Shown: positions 15,687 to 24,699, counted from the stretch's first letter. The stretch: DNA of 32,000 nt from an uncultured Clostridia bacterium (GCA_963558245.1 CAUWGA010000002.1:35838-67837); one strand, 5' to 3'. Notes: generated from the sequence alone by a model not told the origin. Numbers and translations: made by a program.

Positions 15687-17396
15687 TTACATTTGATTTG
15701 GCATTTGCATACCTAATAATTCAGCACCATTTTTTAGTACTTGGTTTACTGCATATGTTATGCTTACTCTTGCATTTTGTGTTTCTTTATCTTCTAATAT
15801 AATTTTGTTTTCATTGTAAAAACTACTAAATGCTTTTGCTAAATCTATTAAATATCTTGATAATATTGATGGTTCTTCTTTTTTTGTCACTTGTACTAAG
15901 GTATCTTGGAAGTTATATATTAGTTTAATAATTGCTTGAGAATATTCATCATTTAGCTTTTCCATGTTGATTTCTTCTATTTTAGGTAATTCTCCTGCTT
16001 TTTCCAATACACTCTTTGTACGTACATATGTGTATTGCACATATGGTCCTGTTTCTCCTTGAAAGTTTAAAATTTTGTCCCATTCAAATATTTCGTCTTT
16101 TACTCTACTATTTGATAAATCATTAAATATAACTGCTCCAACCCCAACTTTTTTAGCTGTTTCTTTTTTGTCTTCTAATTCTGGATTTTTTTGTTCTATT
16201 ATTTTTTCTGCTCTTTCTATTGCTTCATTTAATAAATCTTCTAGTTTTACTATATTTCCTTCTCTTGTTGACATTTTTCCAGTTGGTAGTTGTACCATTC
16301 CAAATGGTGCATGTAGTAATCCGTTTGTATATTTTTCGTCTAATCCTAAATATTTTGCCACTGCAAATACTTGTTTAAAGTGTAAAACTTGTTCATATGA
16401 AGTTAAGTATATTGCTTTGTCAAAGTCATATGTTCTTGCTCTATACATAATTGCAGCTAAGTCTCTAGTTGCATATGTTGTTGAACCATTTGATTTTTCT
16501 ATTATACATGGTGTATTTATTCCTTGGTCTTCTAAGTCTATTATTCTTGCACCTTGTGATTCTATTAGTTTTCCTGATTTTTCTAATAAATCAATTATTT
16601 CTGGCATTTTATCTGAATAAAATGATTCTCCGTTCCAAGAATCAAATTTACTTCCTAATAAGTCATACACTCTTTGGAATTCTTTTAAACTTAAATTTTT
16701 AAATTTTTCCCACAGTTCAGTACAATATGGATCTTTTTCTTCTAACTTTTTAAAGTTATTTCTACAAGCTTCTAATATTTTTTCGTCTTCTTTACAAGCT
16801 TGATTTATTCTTATATAAATTTTAGTTAGTTCATTTATTGGGTCTTCGTCAATATTATATTCATTTCCCCACATTTTATATCCTTCAATTAGTTTTCCAA
16901 ATTGAGTTCCATAATCTCCTAAATGATTAACTCCTGTAACATTATATCCTAAATATTTGTATATATTATATAATGCTCCACCTATAACTGTTGAACGTAA
17001 ATGTCCTATGTGGAATGGTTTGGCAATATTAGGTGCTGAATAATCAATTACTATATTCTTTTCTTTTCCTATATCTGATGTTCCATATTTATCACTTGAA
17101 AATATTTGTGTTAGAACTTCTTTTGTTAGTAGTTCTTTATTTACATAAAAATTTAAATATCCTCCTGCTACTTGTACATCTTTAATTAATTCTTCATTTA
17201 TTTCTATTTTTTCTTTTATTTCGTTTGCAATTATTGGTGGTGCTTTTCTTAGTTCTTTAGCTAGTCTGAAACAAGGAAAAGCATAGTCTCCATTTTTTAC
17301 GTCCATTGGTGTTTCGATATATGTTTTTAATTCTTCTTCGTTTATTTCTATTACTTTTGATATTTCTTTTGATATTTCTTTTTTGAAGTCTATCAT
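15687..17396 (-). CDS. argS: Arginine--tRNA ligase
   Basis: 569 aa. Class-I 'PNIAKPFHIGHLRS' (HIGH), 'GKMSTREGN' (the ArgRS KMSK-equivalent) and a DALR-type C-terminal domain ending '...MPNQM'. Confidence 0.95.
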   Translation of the reverse strand: MIDFKKEISKEISKVIEINEEELKTYIETPMDVKNGDYAFPCFRLAKELRKAPPIIANEIKEKIEINEELIKDVQVAGGYLNFYVNKELLTKEVLTQIFSSDKYGTSDIGKEKNIVIDYSAPNIAKPFHIGHLRSTVIGGALYNIYKYLGYNVTGVNHLGDYGTQFGKLIEGYKMWGNEYNIDEDPINELTKIYIRINQACKEDEKILEACRNNFKKLEEKDPYCTELWEKFKNLSLKEFQRVYDLLGSKFDSWNGESFYSDKMPEIIDLLEKSGKLIESQGARIIDLEDQGINTPCIIEKSNGSTTYATRDLAAIMYRARTYDFDKAIYLTSYEQVLHFKQVFAVAKYLGLDEKYTNGLLHAPFGMVQLPTGKMSTREGNIVKLEDLLNEAIERAEKIIEQKNPELEDKKETAKKVGVGAVIFNDLSNSRVKDEIFEWDKILNFQGETGPYVQYTYVRTKSVLEKAGELPKIEEINMEKLNDEYSQAIIKLIYNFQDTLVQVTKKEEPSILSRYLIDLAKAFSSFYNENKIILEDKETQNARVSITYAVNQVLKNGAELLGMQMPNQM

Positions 17397-17432
17397 GTAG
17401 ATTCCCCCTATATAAAATTTAACTGTATTATA

Positions 17433-17461
17433 ATAATACTATATTTTATTTTTAAAGTCAA
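17433..17461 (-). promoter_or_regulatory. Candidate sigma-A promoter of argS (short leader, no T-box)
   Basis: Minus strand: TTGACT - 17 nt (ttaaaaataaaatatag) - TATTAT(TATAAT). It leaves only a ~35-nt leader before the GGGGGA Shine-Dalgarno. Confidence 0.5.
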
Positions 17462-17551
17462 ACAAAAGAAGCTACTATTGAAGTATTTTTAGCCTATTTA
17501 TCAAACAATTTCATTAACTTCAATATTCACTTCTTCTATTATTTTAAAATT

Positions 17552-18556
17552 TTATTTATTTTTTTCTATATAATTCCACGAATCTTTGCACATATCCTCT
17601 AATGTTTTTGTTGCTTCCCATCCAAGTTCTTCCTTTGCTTTTTTAGGATTTGCATAGCATGTTGCTATGTCTCCTTCTCTTCTTGGAGCAATTTTAAATG
17701 GCACATCTTTTCCTGTTGCATTTTCAAATGCTTTTACCATATCTAAAACACTGTATCCTGTTCCTGTTCCTAAATTATATATAAATAATCCTTCTTGTTC
17801 TTTATCTAGTTTAGCTAAAGCATCTACATGGCCTTTTGCTAGGTCCACTACATGGATGTAATCTCTTACTCCTGTACCATCTGGTGTATTATAGTCATCA
17901 CCAAATACTGATAGTTCTTTTAATGTTCCTGCTGCTACTCTTGCTACATATGGCATTAAGTTATTTGGTATTCCTTGTGGTTCTTCTCCTATTAATCCAC
18001 TTTCATGTGCTCCTACTGGATTAAAATATCTTAAAATACATATATCCCATGAGTTGTCTGATTTATATAAATCTTGTAATATTTGTTCTATAAATAGTTT
18101 TGATGTTCCATATGGGTTTGTTGTACCTCCTGTTTTACAGTCTTCTGTTAGAGGTATTCTTTCTGGTTCTCCATATACTGTTGCAGATGAACTAAATATG
18201 AATTTTTTTACTCCATATTTTTTCATTGTTTGTAATAATACCATACAACCTGTTATATTATTCATATAATATTCTAATGGTTTTTGTACAGATTCACCTA
18301 CTGCTTTATATCCTGCAAAGTTTAACACTGCATCAATTTTATTTTCTTCAAATACTTTTTCTAGTTTTTCTTGATCCAGATAATCTATTTCATAAAATTT
18401 AAAATCTTTTCCTGTAATTGTTTTTATTTTATCTAAAACTTCTGGTTTACTATTTGAAAAATTATCTAATATTATTACTTCTTTTCCTGCATTTAATAGT
18501 TCTACTGCTGTGTGGCTTCCTATGTAGCCTGCTCCTCCTGGTAATAAAATTGCCAT
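17552..18556 (-). CDS. galE: UDP-glucose 4-epimerase
   Basis: 'GGAGYIGSH' NAD loop and 'NPYGTSKLFIEQ' (YxxxK). Full-length SDR-extended architecture. The track start is 18565 (MVKM...), but the ATG at 18556 (MAILLPGGAG...) has proper AGGAAG spacing and matches the usual GalE N-terminus. Confidence 0.9.
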   Translation of the reverse strand: MAILLPGGAGYIGSHTAVELLNAGKEVIILDNFSNSKPEVLDKIKTITGKDFKFYEIDYLDQEKLEKVFEENKIDAVLNFAGYKAVGESVQKPLEYYMNNITGCMVLLQTMKKYGVKKFIFSSSATVYGEPERIPLTEDCKTGGTTNPYGTSKLFIEQILQDLYKSDNSWDICILRYFNPVGAHESGLIGEEPQGIPNNLMPYVARVAAGTLKELSVFGDDYNTPDGTGVRDYIHVVDLAKGHVDALAKLDKEQEGLFIYNLGTGTGYSVLDMVKAFENATGKDVPFKIAPRREGDIATCYANPKKAKEELGWEATKTLEDMCKDSWNYIEKNK

Positions 18557-18579
18557 TTTTACCATCTTCCTTTCTTTTG

Positions 18580-19965
18580 TTATTTTTTTGATACTTCTTG
18601 ACCTTGTTTTGTATCTTTTACAATATATCCTTTTTCTGTTATTAAGTCTCTTAGTTCGTCTGATTTATTCCAGTCTTTATTTTCTCTAGCAACTTTTCTT
18701 TGTTCTACTAATTCTAATATTTCTTCTGGTAATTCTTCATTTTTTGAATTGTTTTCATCAATTTTTAGACCTAATACCGTGTCAAATTTCAATAATAATT
18801 TAGCTAAGCTTGGAGATTTATCTTCATTTCTTACAACTTCCCAAACTACTCCCATGGCAGATGGCATATTTAAGTCATCATTTATTGCTTCATGAAATTT
18901 TTCTTCATATCTGTTTATGATTTCTTCATCTACTTTGTCTGTACCTTTTAAATGATTTTGATATCCATTTTTTAGTCTTTCTAACGATTTAGATGCTGAT
19001 TCTATCCCTTCCCATGTAAAGTTTAATTTATTTCTGTAGTGACTTGAATAGCTAAATAACTTATATACTAATGGATTATATCCTTTTTCTTTTATATCCT
19101 TTACTAAGTATGTGTTTCCCAAACTTTTTGACATTTTGCCACCATTGATTAATAGATATTCTCCATGCATCCAGTAATTTGCTGGAATTTTTCCACAAGC
19201 TCCTTTACTTTGCGCTATTTCATTTTCATGATGTGTTGGTATTAAATCTATTCCACCTGTGTGTATGTCAAATTGTTCTCCTAAATATTTTCTTCCCATT
19301 GCTGAACATTCTATATGCCATCCCGGATAACTTGGTCCCCATGGACTATCCCATTTCATTAGATGATTTTCTGGTGCTTTTATCCATAGTGCAAAATCAT
19401 AAGGATTTCTTTTTTCTGTGTCTACATCTATTCTAGCTCCTGCTTTTTGTTCTTTTAAGTCTAAATTAGATAAAATTGGATATTTGTCTAATTTAGATAT
19501 GTCAAAATATATTGCTGTTGAAGTTTCATATGCATAACCATTTTTTACTAATTCTTCTACATATTCTAGCATTTCTTTAATATGCTCTGTTGCTTTACAT
19601 ACTATTTCTGGCCTTTCGACATTTAAATCTTCTAAATCATTGAAAAATAATTGTGTATAATGTTCTGCAATTTCAAGAGGAGTTTTATGCTCCTCTCTAG
19701 CAGATTTTAACATTTTGTCTTCCCCTTCATCTCCATCTGAAACAAGGTGTCCAACATCTGTTATATTCATTACATGTTTAATTTTATAACCATTGTAACG
19801 AAGTACTTTTCTTAATACATCTTGAAATATGCTTGTTCTCATGTTTCCTATTGTTGCATCTTTATAAACTGTTGGTCCACATGAATATATTTTAACTTCA
19901 TTTGAGTCTATTGGCTTAAAAATATTTTTTTCTCTTGTTAATGTATTATAAAAATATAAATCCAT
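18580..19965 (-). CDS. cysS: Cysteine--tRNA ligase (with a non-canonical HIGH motif, see findings)
   Basis: 461 aa. 'CGPTVY' (Zn Cys), 'GWHIECSAM', 'PTHHENEIAQS', 'GKMSKSLGN' (KMSKS) and a typical C-terminal 'VEQRKVARENKDWNKSDELRD'. It starts 16 nt after the PBP stop. Confidence 0.92.
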   Translation of the reverse strand: MDLYFYNTLTREKNIFKPIDSNEVKIYSCGPTVYKDATIGNMRTSIFQDVLRKVLRYNGYKIKHVMNITDVGHLVSDGDEGEDKMLKSAREEHKTPLEIAEHYTQLFFNDLEDLNVERPEIVCKATEHIKEMLEYVEELVKNGYAYETSTAIYFDISKLDKYPILSNLDLKEQKAGARIDVDTEKRNPYDFALWIKAPENHLMKWDSPWGPSYPGWHIECSAMGRKYLGEQFDIHTGGIDLIPTHHENEIAQSKGACGKIPANYWMHGEYLLINGGKMSKSLGNTYLVKDIKEKGYNPLVYKLFSYSSHYRNKLNFTWEGIESASKSLERLKNGYQNHLKGTDKVDEEIINRYEEKFHEAINDDLNMPSAMGVVWEVVRNEDKSPSLAKLLLKFDTVLGLKIDENNSKNEELPEEILELVEQRKVARENKDWNKSDELRDLITEKGYIVKDTKQGQEVSKK

Positions 19966-19981
19966 ATTGTCTCCTTCTTAT

Positions 19982-22627
19982 TTATGGTTTTTCTGGTTTA
20001 CTTGGTTTTTCAGTATTTGTGCTAGTATTTCCTCCTGTATTTGTGTTTCCTTCTCCTGGTTTTTGTCCTGATGAGTTAGTATTATTAGTTGTGTTGTTTG
20101 TTTTGTTTGTATTTGCTGTATTGTTTTTTGGTTCTTCTTTTGGTTTTTCTTCTTCTTTCGGTTTTGTATGTACATCACAAACTTCATTAATTTTTTCTCC
20201 AGTTGTAGGCTTTCCTCCTTTTACTGGTTTCCATAAGTTTAATGTTTCTTTTGGAATTACTGAACCATAGTAATTTGTTTTTAATGTTGCATATTGTGAA
20301 CAATATTGTGTTGCTACTTTTCCTGTTTCTGAGCATATGTCTTGTTTTCCATGTCCTTGGCATTTTCCAGGTAAATTATTTGATGCAAATATTTCTTTAT
20401 ATGTATCTTTACAATTTGCTGTTGCTAAGCATCCTGTTGCTCTACATACTGTTTGTTCTACTATTCCACTTGGCTTTTCAAATCTTTTTCCTTCCAAATT
20501 TTTATGTATGTCTGTCATAACTGCATCCCAAATTTGTCCTGCTGGATTTTGCCCAAATCCTCTTACTTCCTCGTTGTTATCAAATCCAAACCATGTTGCT
20601 GCTGAATAATAAGGTGTATATCCACAAAGCCATCTGTCATAGCTATGGTCTGTTGTTCCTGTTTTTGCTGCTACATCCATACCTTTTATTGCACAATATG
20701 TTGCTGTTCCTCTACCATATGTTACTGGTTCTAAATTTATTTCTTTTGCTAAATATGCTGTTTGTTCTGAAAATACTCTTGTTTCTTCTTGGTTTGGTGT
20801 CATTACAGTATTTCCGCTTGCATCTACTACTTTAGTGTAAAATGTTGGTGTTATATATACTCCATTATTTGCTATTGTTCCATATGCTGCTGCCATTTCT
20901 AATGGACTTGCTCCATGTGTCATACCTCCAATTGCAAGAGATAATACTTGATCATCTTTTTCATCTAATGCTGACAATCCCATTTTCTTTAGATATTCTA
21001 ATGATTTTTTAGGTGTTAATTCTTTCATTATTTTTACTGCAGGTACGTTTCTTGATAATGCTATGAATTGTCTTATATTTATAGCGTTTGAACCATTATC
21101 TCCATATTTTTCATTATCGTTTTTAGGAGCATAGTTTCCAAACTCTGTTTTTTCGTCAATATATACTGTGGCTGGTGTTATAACTTTTTCTTCTAATGCT
21201 GGTGCAACATCTGCAATCATTTTTATTGATGAACCTGTTTGTTTTTTCATTTGAGTTGCTCTGTTCCATCCTGCACCTTGTTTATCTCCTAGTCCTCCTG
21301 CTACTGCAACTACATTTCCTGTTTTATAGTCTACAATTGCCATACCTGACTGAGTATGTTCATTTACTTTATTTCCATTCGAGTCTTTATCTCTACCGTT
21401 TTTTATGTATTTTTCTTTTTTGTATTCTTCTTCTACTCTTGTTTGTATGCTTGAGTCCACTGTTGAATATATTGTAAGTCCACTACTGTATATATAGTTT
21501 TCAGCTAATTGTCTTGAAATTCCTTTTTCTGTCATTACTTGATTAACAACTTGGTCTATAACTGCATCTGTGTGGTATGAATAGTTTGAAGAAGATGCTA
21601 TATTACCTTTTTCAAATTTTAATCCTGCTTCTGCTTCTGCTACAGCTGCATTATATTCATCATCATTTGTAATAAATCCAAGTTCTTTCATTTTCTTTAA
21701 AACTACTTTTGTTTTATTTTTATTTTTTTCTGTATTATCTTTTGATGTGTCAAATGGATTATATGACATTGGTGAACTATTAATACCTGCCATATATGCA
21801 CATTCTGCCAAACTTAAGTCTTTAGCACTTTTGTTAAAATAATATTCTGCTCCAAGTTCTACTCCGTGTAAGTTACCTTCTCCACCTACGAATAAGATAT
21901 TTAAATATAGTTCAAGAATTTGGTCTTTTGATATCATTCTTTCTACTTGATATGCTTTTGCCCATTCTTTTACTTTTCTTGCAATTCCTGCCAATCCTTT
22001 TGAGTCTTTTTCGTCTGTTATGTTTTTTACTAATTGTTGAGTAATTGTACTTCCACCATAACTTGAACTTCCCTTAAATAATGTATTTACTATTGCTCCT
22101 GCTGTTCTTTTTAAGTCAACTCCATTATGTTTGTAAAATCTCTCATCTTCTATTGCAACATATGCCTTTGGTAAATATGCTGACATTTCTTCTAATTTTA
22201 TAACTTTTCTTTTTTCATCTCCGCTTAAATTTGCAACTACTCCTCCGTTAATATCAACTACAACTGAGTTTGCTGCTCCTATTTTTAATTCTTCTTTAGT
22301 TATCTCAAAGTCATCTCCAAATAACCCAAAGAAGATTCCTGCTACTACTCCTGCACCTATAACACATAATAATAAAAATCCTATAATCATAATTTTTAAT
22401 GCTAGCATTAATTTAGGATGTTTTTTTCTATTTTTTTGTTTTCCTTTTTTGTTTTTGGTTGATGTATTATTTTTTGGATTTTGTGTTTTTTGTGTTGTTT
22501 CACTTTTACTTCCACTTCTTACTTTTTTTGTCCCACCATTTGTTGGCTTTCTTTTTTGGTTTGTTGCTTCATGTCTTCTTGTTTTATCATGTTCATTATT
22601 TCTTCTTTTATTACTATCACTTGGCAT
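19982..22627 (-). CDS. Class A penicillin-binding protein (bifunctional GT51 glycosyltransferase / transpeptidase), PBP1A-like
   Basis: 881 aa. Basic N-terminal tail and one transmembrane helix. GT51 motifs 'AIEDERFYKHNGVD' and 'GGSTITQQLVKN'. Transpeptidase motifs 'TGSSIK' (SxxK), 'SRN' (SxN) and 'KTGTT'. AAGGAGGT Shine-Dalgarno 6 nt before the ATG. Confidence 0.92.
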   Translation of the reverse strand: MPSDSNKRRNNEHDKTRRHEATNQKRKPTNGGTKKVRSGSKSETTQKTQNPKNNTSTKNKKGKQKNRKKHPKLMLALKIMIIGFLLLCVIGAGVVAGIFFGLFGDDFEITKEELKIGAANSVVVDINGGVVANLSGDEKRKVIKLEEMSAYLPKAYVAIEDERFYKHNGVDLKRTAGAIVNTLFKGSSSYGGSTITQQLVKNITDEKDSKGLAGIARKVKEWAKAYQVERMISKDQILELYLNILFVGGEGNLHGVELGAEYYFNKSAKDLSLAECAYMAGINSSPMSYNPFDTSKDNTEKNKNKTKVVLKKMKELGFITNDDEYNAAVAEAEAGLKFEKGNIASSSNYSYHTDAVIDQVVNQVMTEKGISRQLAENYIYSSGLTIYSTVDSSIQTRVEEEYKKEKYIKNGRDKDSNGNKVNEHTQSGMAIVDYKTGNVVAVAGGLGDKQGAGWNRATQMKKQTGSSIKMIADVAPALEEKVITPATVYIDEKTEFGNYAPKNDNEKYGDNGSNAINIRQFIALSRNVPAVKIMKELTPKKSLEYLKKMGLSALDEKDDQVLSLAIGGMTHGASPLEMAAAYGTIANNGVYITPTFYTKVVDASGNTVMTPNQEETRVFSEQTAYLAKEINLEPVTYGRGTATYCAIKGMDVAAKTGTTDHSYDRWLCGYTPYYSAATWFGFDNNEEVRGFGQNPAGQIWDAVMTDIHKNLEGKRFEKPSGIVEQTVCRATGCLATANCKDTYKEIFASNNLPGKCQGHGKQDICSETGKVATQYCSQYATLKTNYYGSVIPKETLNLWKPVKGGKPTTGEKINEVCDVHTKPKEEEKPKEEPKNNTANTNKTNNTTNNTNSSGQKPGEGNTNTGGNTSTNTEKPSKPEKP

Positions 22628-22741
22628 TTTACTACCTCCTTGCCAGTTACATTTTCGATATGTACATTATATTATATTTTATAAAAAAAGAAAAGCTTTT
22701 ATATAAATTTTTAAGATTTTCATTTTTAAATTTGTTACTAA

Positions 22742-22844
22742 GCACTAGAACAAATGGGAAAGCCATTAAATTAGCATAATTTTAATCTTTCTCTTAGGCT
22801 TTCCGTTAATTTGTTCGTGTGCCAATTTTACGTTAGTAAAATTG
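22742..22844 (-). other. Two adjacent stem-loops in the leader/intergenic region upstream of the PBP gene (an extended ~81-nt imperfect hairpin plus a 9-bp hairpin)
   Basis: 22742-22764 gcactagaacaaatgggaaagcc pairs with 22797-22822 ggctttccgttaatttgttcgtgtgc. The pairing has an 8-bp GC-rich core (ggaaagcc/ggctttcc) and an outer gaacaaat/atttgttc segment. 22823-22831 caattttac and 22836-22844 gtaaaattg form a perfect 9-bp stem with a gtta loop. No U-tract follows either structure on either strand. Confidence 0.5.
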
Positions 22845-22875
22845 TGTACAATAGGGTTTCAACTAAATTATAAAT

Positions 22876-23736
22876 CTAATACTTGTTTTTATTTCCTTGC
22901 AAATATGCAATTTCAACTTTGTCTCTTTCTATTTTTCTTTTAATATATTCAAATGGTTGATTTTGATATATTTGAGATTCATATATGTCTTTTTGTTCAT
23001 ATAAACTATATTTATCATAATCAAATTCATCTATATTTAGATATTTTATTTCGTAATCATTAATATTTATTCCGTTAAATCTTTTTTTGGCTATTTTCAC
23101 TTTATTATTTATATTAATAATTATTGAATTTTCTGGCAAATTATATTGGTTTATTAATTCATTTGAAAAGTCAATATTTAAAATTATTTTACTTCTTACA
23201 AGGCTTTTTTTCTTATTATTTGATATATTTATCATTATCCCATCTTTTTGGTAAATTTCTTCTTCTAATTTTTTAAATTTCGATGTATTATTTGTTATTA
23301 TATTAACGATTTTATATTCTTTTATAATGTTTTTTATATGTTCATATATGTAATCTTTATCTAATTTATTTATTAATATTGAAATTGTTATATCACTTTT
23401 TTTAATTTTGTTTTTATTTGTAATGTAGTCTAAAATTTTATTTATTAATATAGAAAATAGCCATTTACCTTCGATTATTTTTATGTTAAATATTCGTAAA
23501 TCATTTATATATTCTGTTTGTTCTTTTATTTTTTTGCTCACACATATTTTTTTACATCCTGTTTTTTCTAATATCTTTTTTGTTTTCAAAGCCAATATTT
23601 TTGCTTTTTTATTATCAATTTTTTCGTCTTTTGCTATAGGTAATATTATTTTATCTTCAATTAATTCTACTATATTAAATATTTTATACAAAATTTTAGG
23701 CTTGTCACTTTCTTGAACATAATACAAAAAAATCAC
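22876..23736 (-). CDS. Hypothetical protein, K/I/N-rich, no recognisable motif
   Basis: 286-aa ORF in the same orientation as its neighbours, preceded by a TGAGGTGA Shine-Dalgarno. The track start GTG 23736 lies inside the Shine-Dalgarno, so TTG 23727 is a plausible true start. Alternating beta/alpha-like pattern in the middle (ITISILINK...IVNIITNN...IMINIS...KIILNID) but no glycine-rich loop. Confidence 0.55.
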   Translation of the reverse strand: MIFLYYVQESDKPKILYKIFNIVELIEDKIILPIAKDEKIDNKKAKILALKTKKILEKTGCKKICVSKKIKEQTEYINDLRIFNIKIIEGKWLFSILINKILDYITNKNKIKKSDITISILINKLDKDYIYEHIKNIIKEYKIVNIITNNTSKFKKLEEEIYQKDGIMINISNNKKKSLVRSKIILNIDFSNELINQYNLPENSIIININNKVKIAKKRFNGININDYEIKYLNIDEFDYDKYSLYEQKDIYESQIYQNQPFEYIKRKIERDKVEIAYLQGNKNKY

Positions 23737-23772
23737 CTCACATACTTTTTATAAAGTATATGAAAGTGATTT

Positions 23773-24699
23773 TTAAATTATAACATCCCTTTTTAATAAT
23801 TTCTCTTTTATAATTCCTGTCCCAATAAATTTTTTATCGCAATATACTCGATAAACTCCATCTAAATTATTTGAAGTTATTTTTACTCCATTAAGAAATA
23901 AATTTAATTTATATTTAGATAATTCTACTTTTTCGTTTTTTTCAAATATCTTTTCTACTGGTATAATATATGGTAGTTCTAGTTTTAGACTTTCTTGGTT
24001 ATCGATATTATCAATTCTTTTTATATTTTCTTGTTTTGAATTATTTTTGTAATCTTTTTCTAATTCTTCTATTGTTATTGAATTTTTTATATCAAATTGT
24101 CCGACCCTTGTTCTTTCTAGTTTTGCCATATAACCTATATTTCCTAGTTTTTCAGCTAAATCTTCACATAGACTTCTTATGTATGTTCCTTTTGAACAAT
24201 GTACACTAAATTCTATTTGTAAATTTTCTTCATTTATATGTAACAATTCTATCTTATATATATTTATTTTTCTTTTTGGTATTTCAACTTCTTTTCCTTG
24301 TCTTGCATATTCATATAGTTTTTTTCCTTTAACTTTAATTGCTGAATATATTGGTGGGGTTTGAATTTGTTCTCCTTCACATTGTTTAATTGCTTTTAAG
24401 ACATTTTCTTTTTTTAGTATATCTTTTTCTACTTTTCTTTCTTCTATTATATTTCCTTCTTCGTCAGCTGTATCTGTCTTTTTTCCTAATTGCAATGTTA
24501 CTTTATATATTTTATCATGTTCTATTAAATATTTTGAGCATAGTGTTCCTTTGCCAATTAGCAAAGGTAGAACTCCTGTTGCCATTGGGTCTAATGTTCC
24601 AGTATGTCCTACCTTTTTATTTAATATTTTTTTAACTTTATATACTATATCATGTGAAGTATAATTTTGTGGTTTATTTATTATAATAATTCCGTCCAT
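23773..24699 (-). CDS. truB: tRNA pseudouridine(55) synthase
   Basis: 'IIIINKPQNYTSHD' and 'GHTGTLDPMATGVLPLLIG' (catalytic Asp). C-terminal PUA-like extension. The track start at 24747 adds 16 aa; the ATG at 24699 (MDGIIII...) follows AGAGGA and matches the usual TruB N-terminus. Confidence 0.92.
   Translation of the reverse strand: MDGIIIINKPQNYTSHDIVYKVKKILNKKVGHTGTLDPMATGVLPLLIGKGTLCSKYLIEHDKIYKVTLQLGKKTDTADEEGNIIEERKVEKDILKKENVLKAIKQCEGEQIQTPPIYSAIKVKGKKLYEYARQGKEVEIPKRKINIYKIELLHINEENLQIEFSVHCSKGTYIRSLCEDLAEKLGNIGYMAKLERTRVGQFDIKNSITIEELEKDYKNNSKQENIKRIDNIDNQESLKLELPYIIPVEKIFEKNEKVELSKYKLNLFLNGVKITSNNLDGVYRVYCDKKFIGTGIIKEKLLKRDVII

Noticed and set aside
17470-17550. Possible galE terminator: tattgaagt ... 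acttcaata (9 bp) plus flanking gaag/cttc, followed by a T-rich run.
   Set aside because: The loop is about 37 nt and the stem is interrupted, so it is not a convincing intrinsic terminator. I left it uncalled.
17397-17551. T-box riboswitch leader upstream of argS, and likewise upstream of cysS at 19966..19981.
   Set aside because: The argS spacer is only 155 nt and most of it is taken up by a promoter, leaving a ~35-nt leader. I see no specifier-loop/T-box (AANNNGGTGNTAC-like) sequence. cysS starts 16 nt after the preceding stop.
19978-20187. Small minus-strand ORFs nested in other frames of real genes: 69 aa here, 67 aa at 28301..28504 and 60 aa at 8020..8202.
   Set aside because: They lie fully inside PBP, infB and aminotransferase coding sequence, within low-complexity or repeat DNA. 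Their composition is K/N/Q/T-rich junk and none has a ribosome-binding site.
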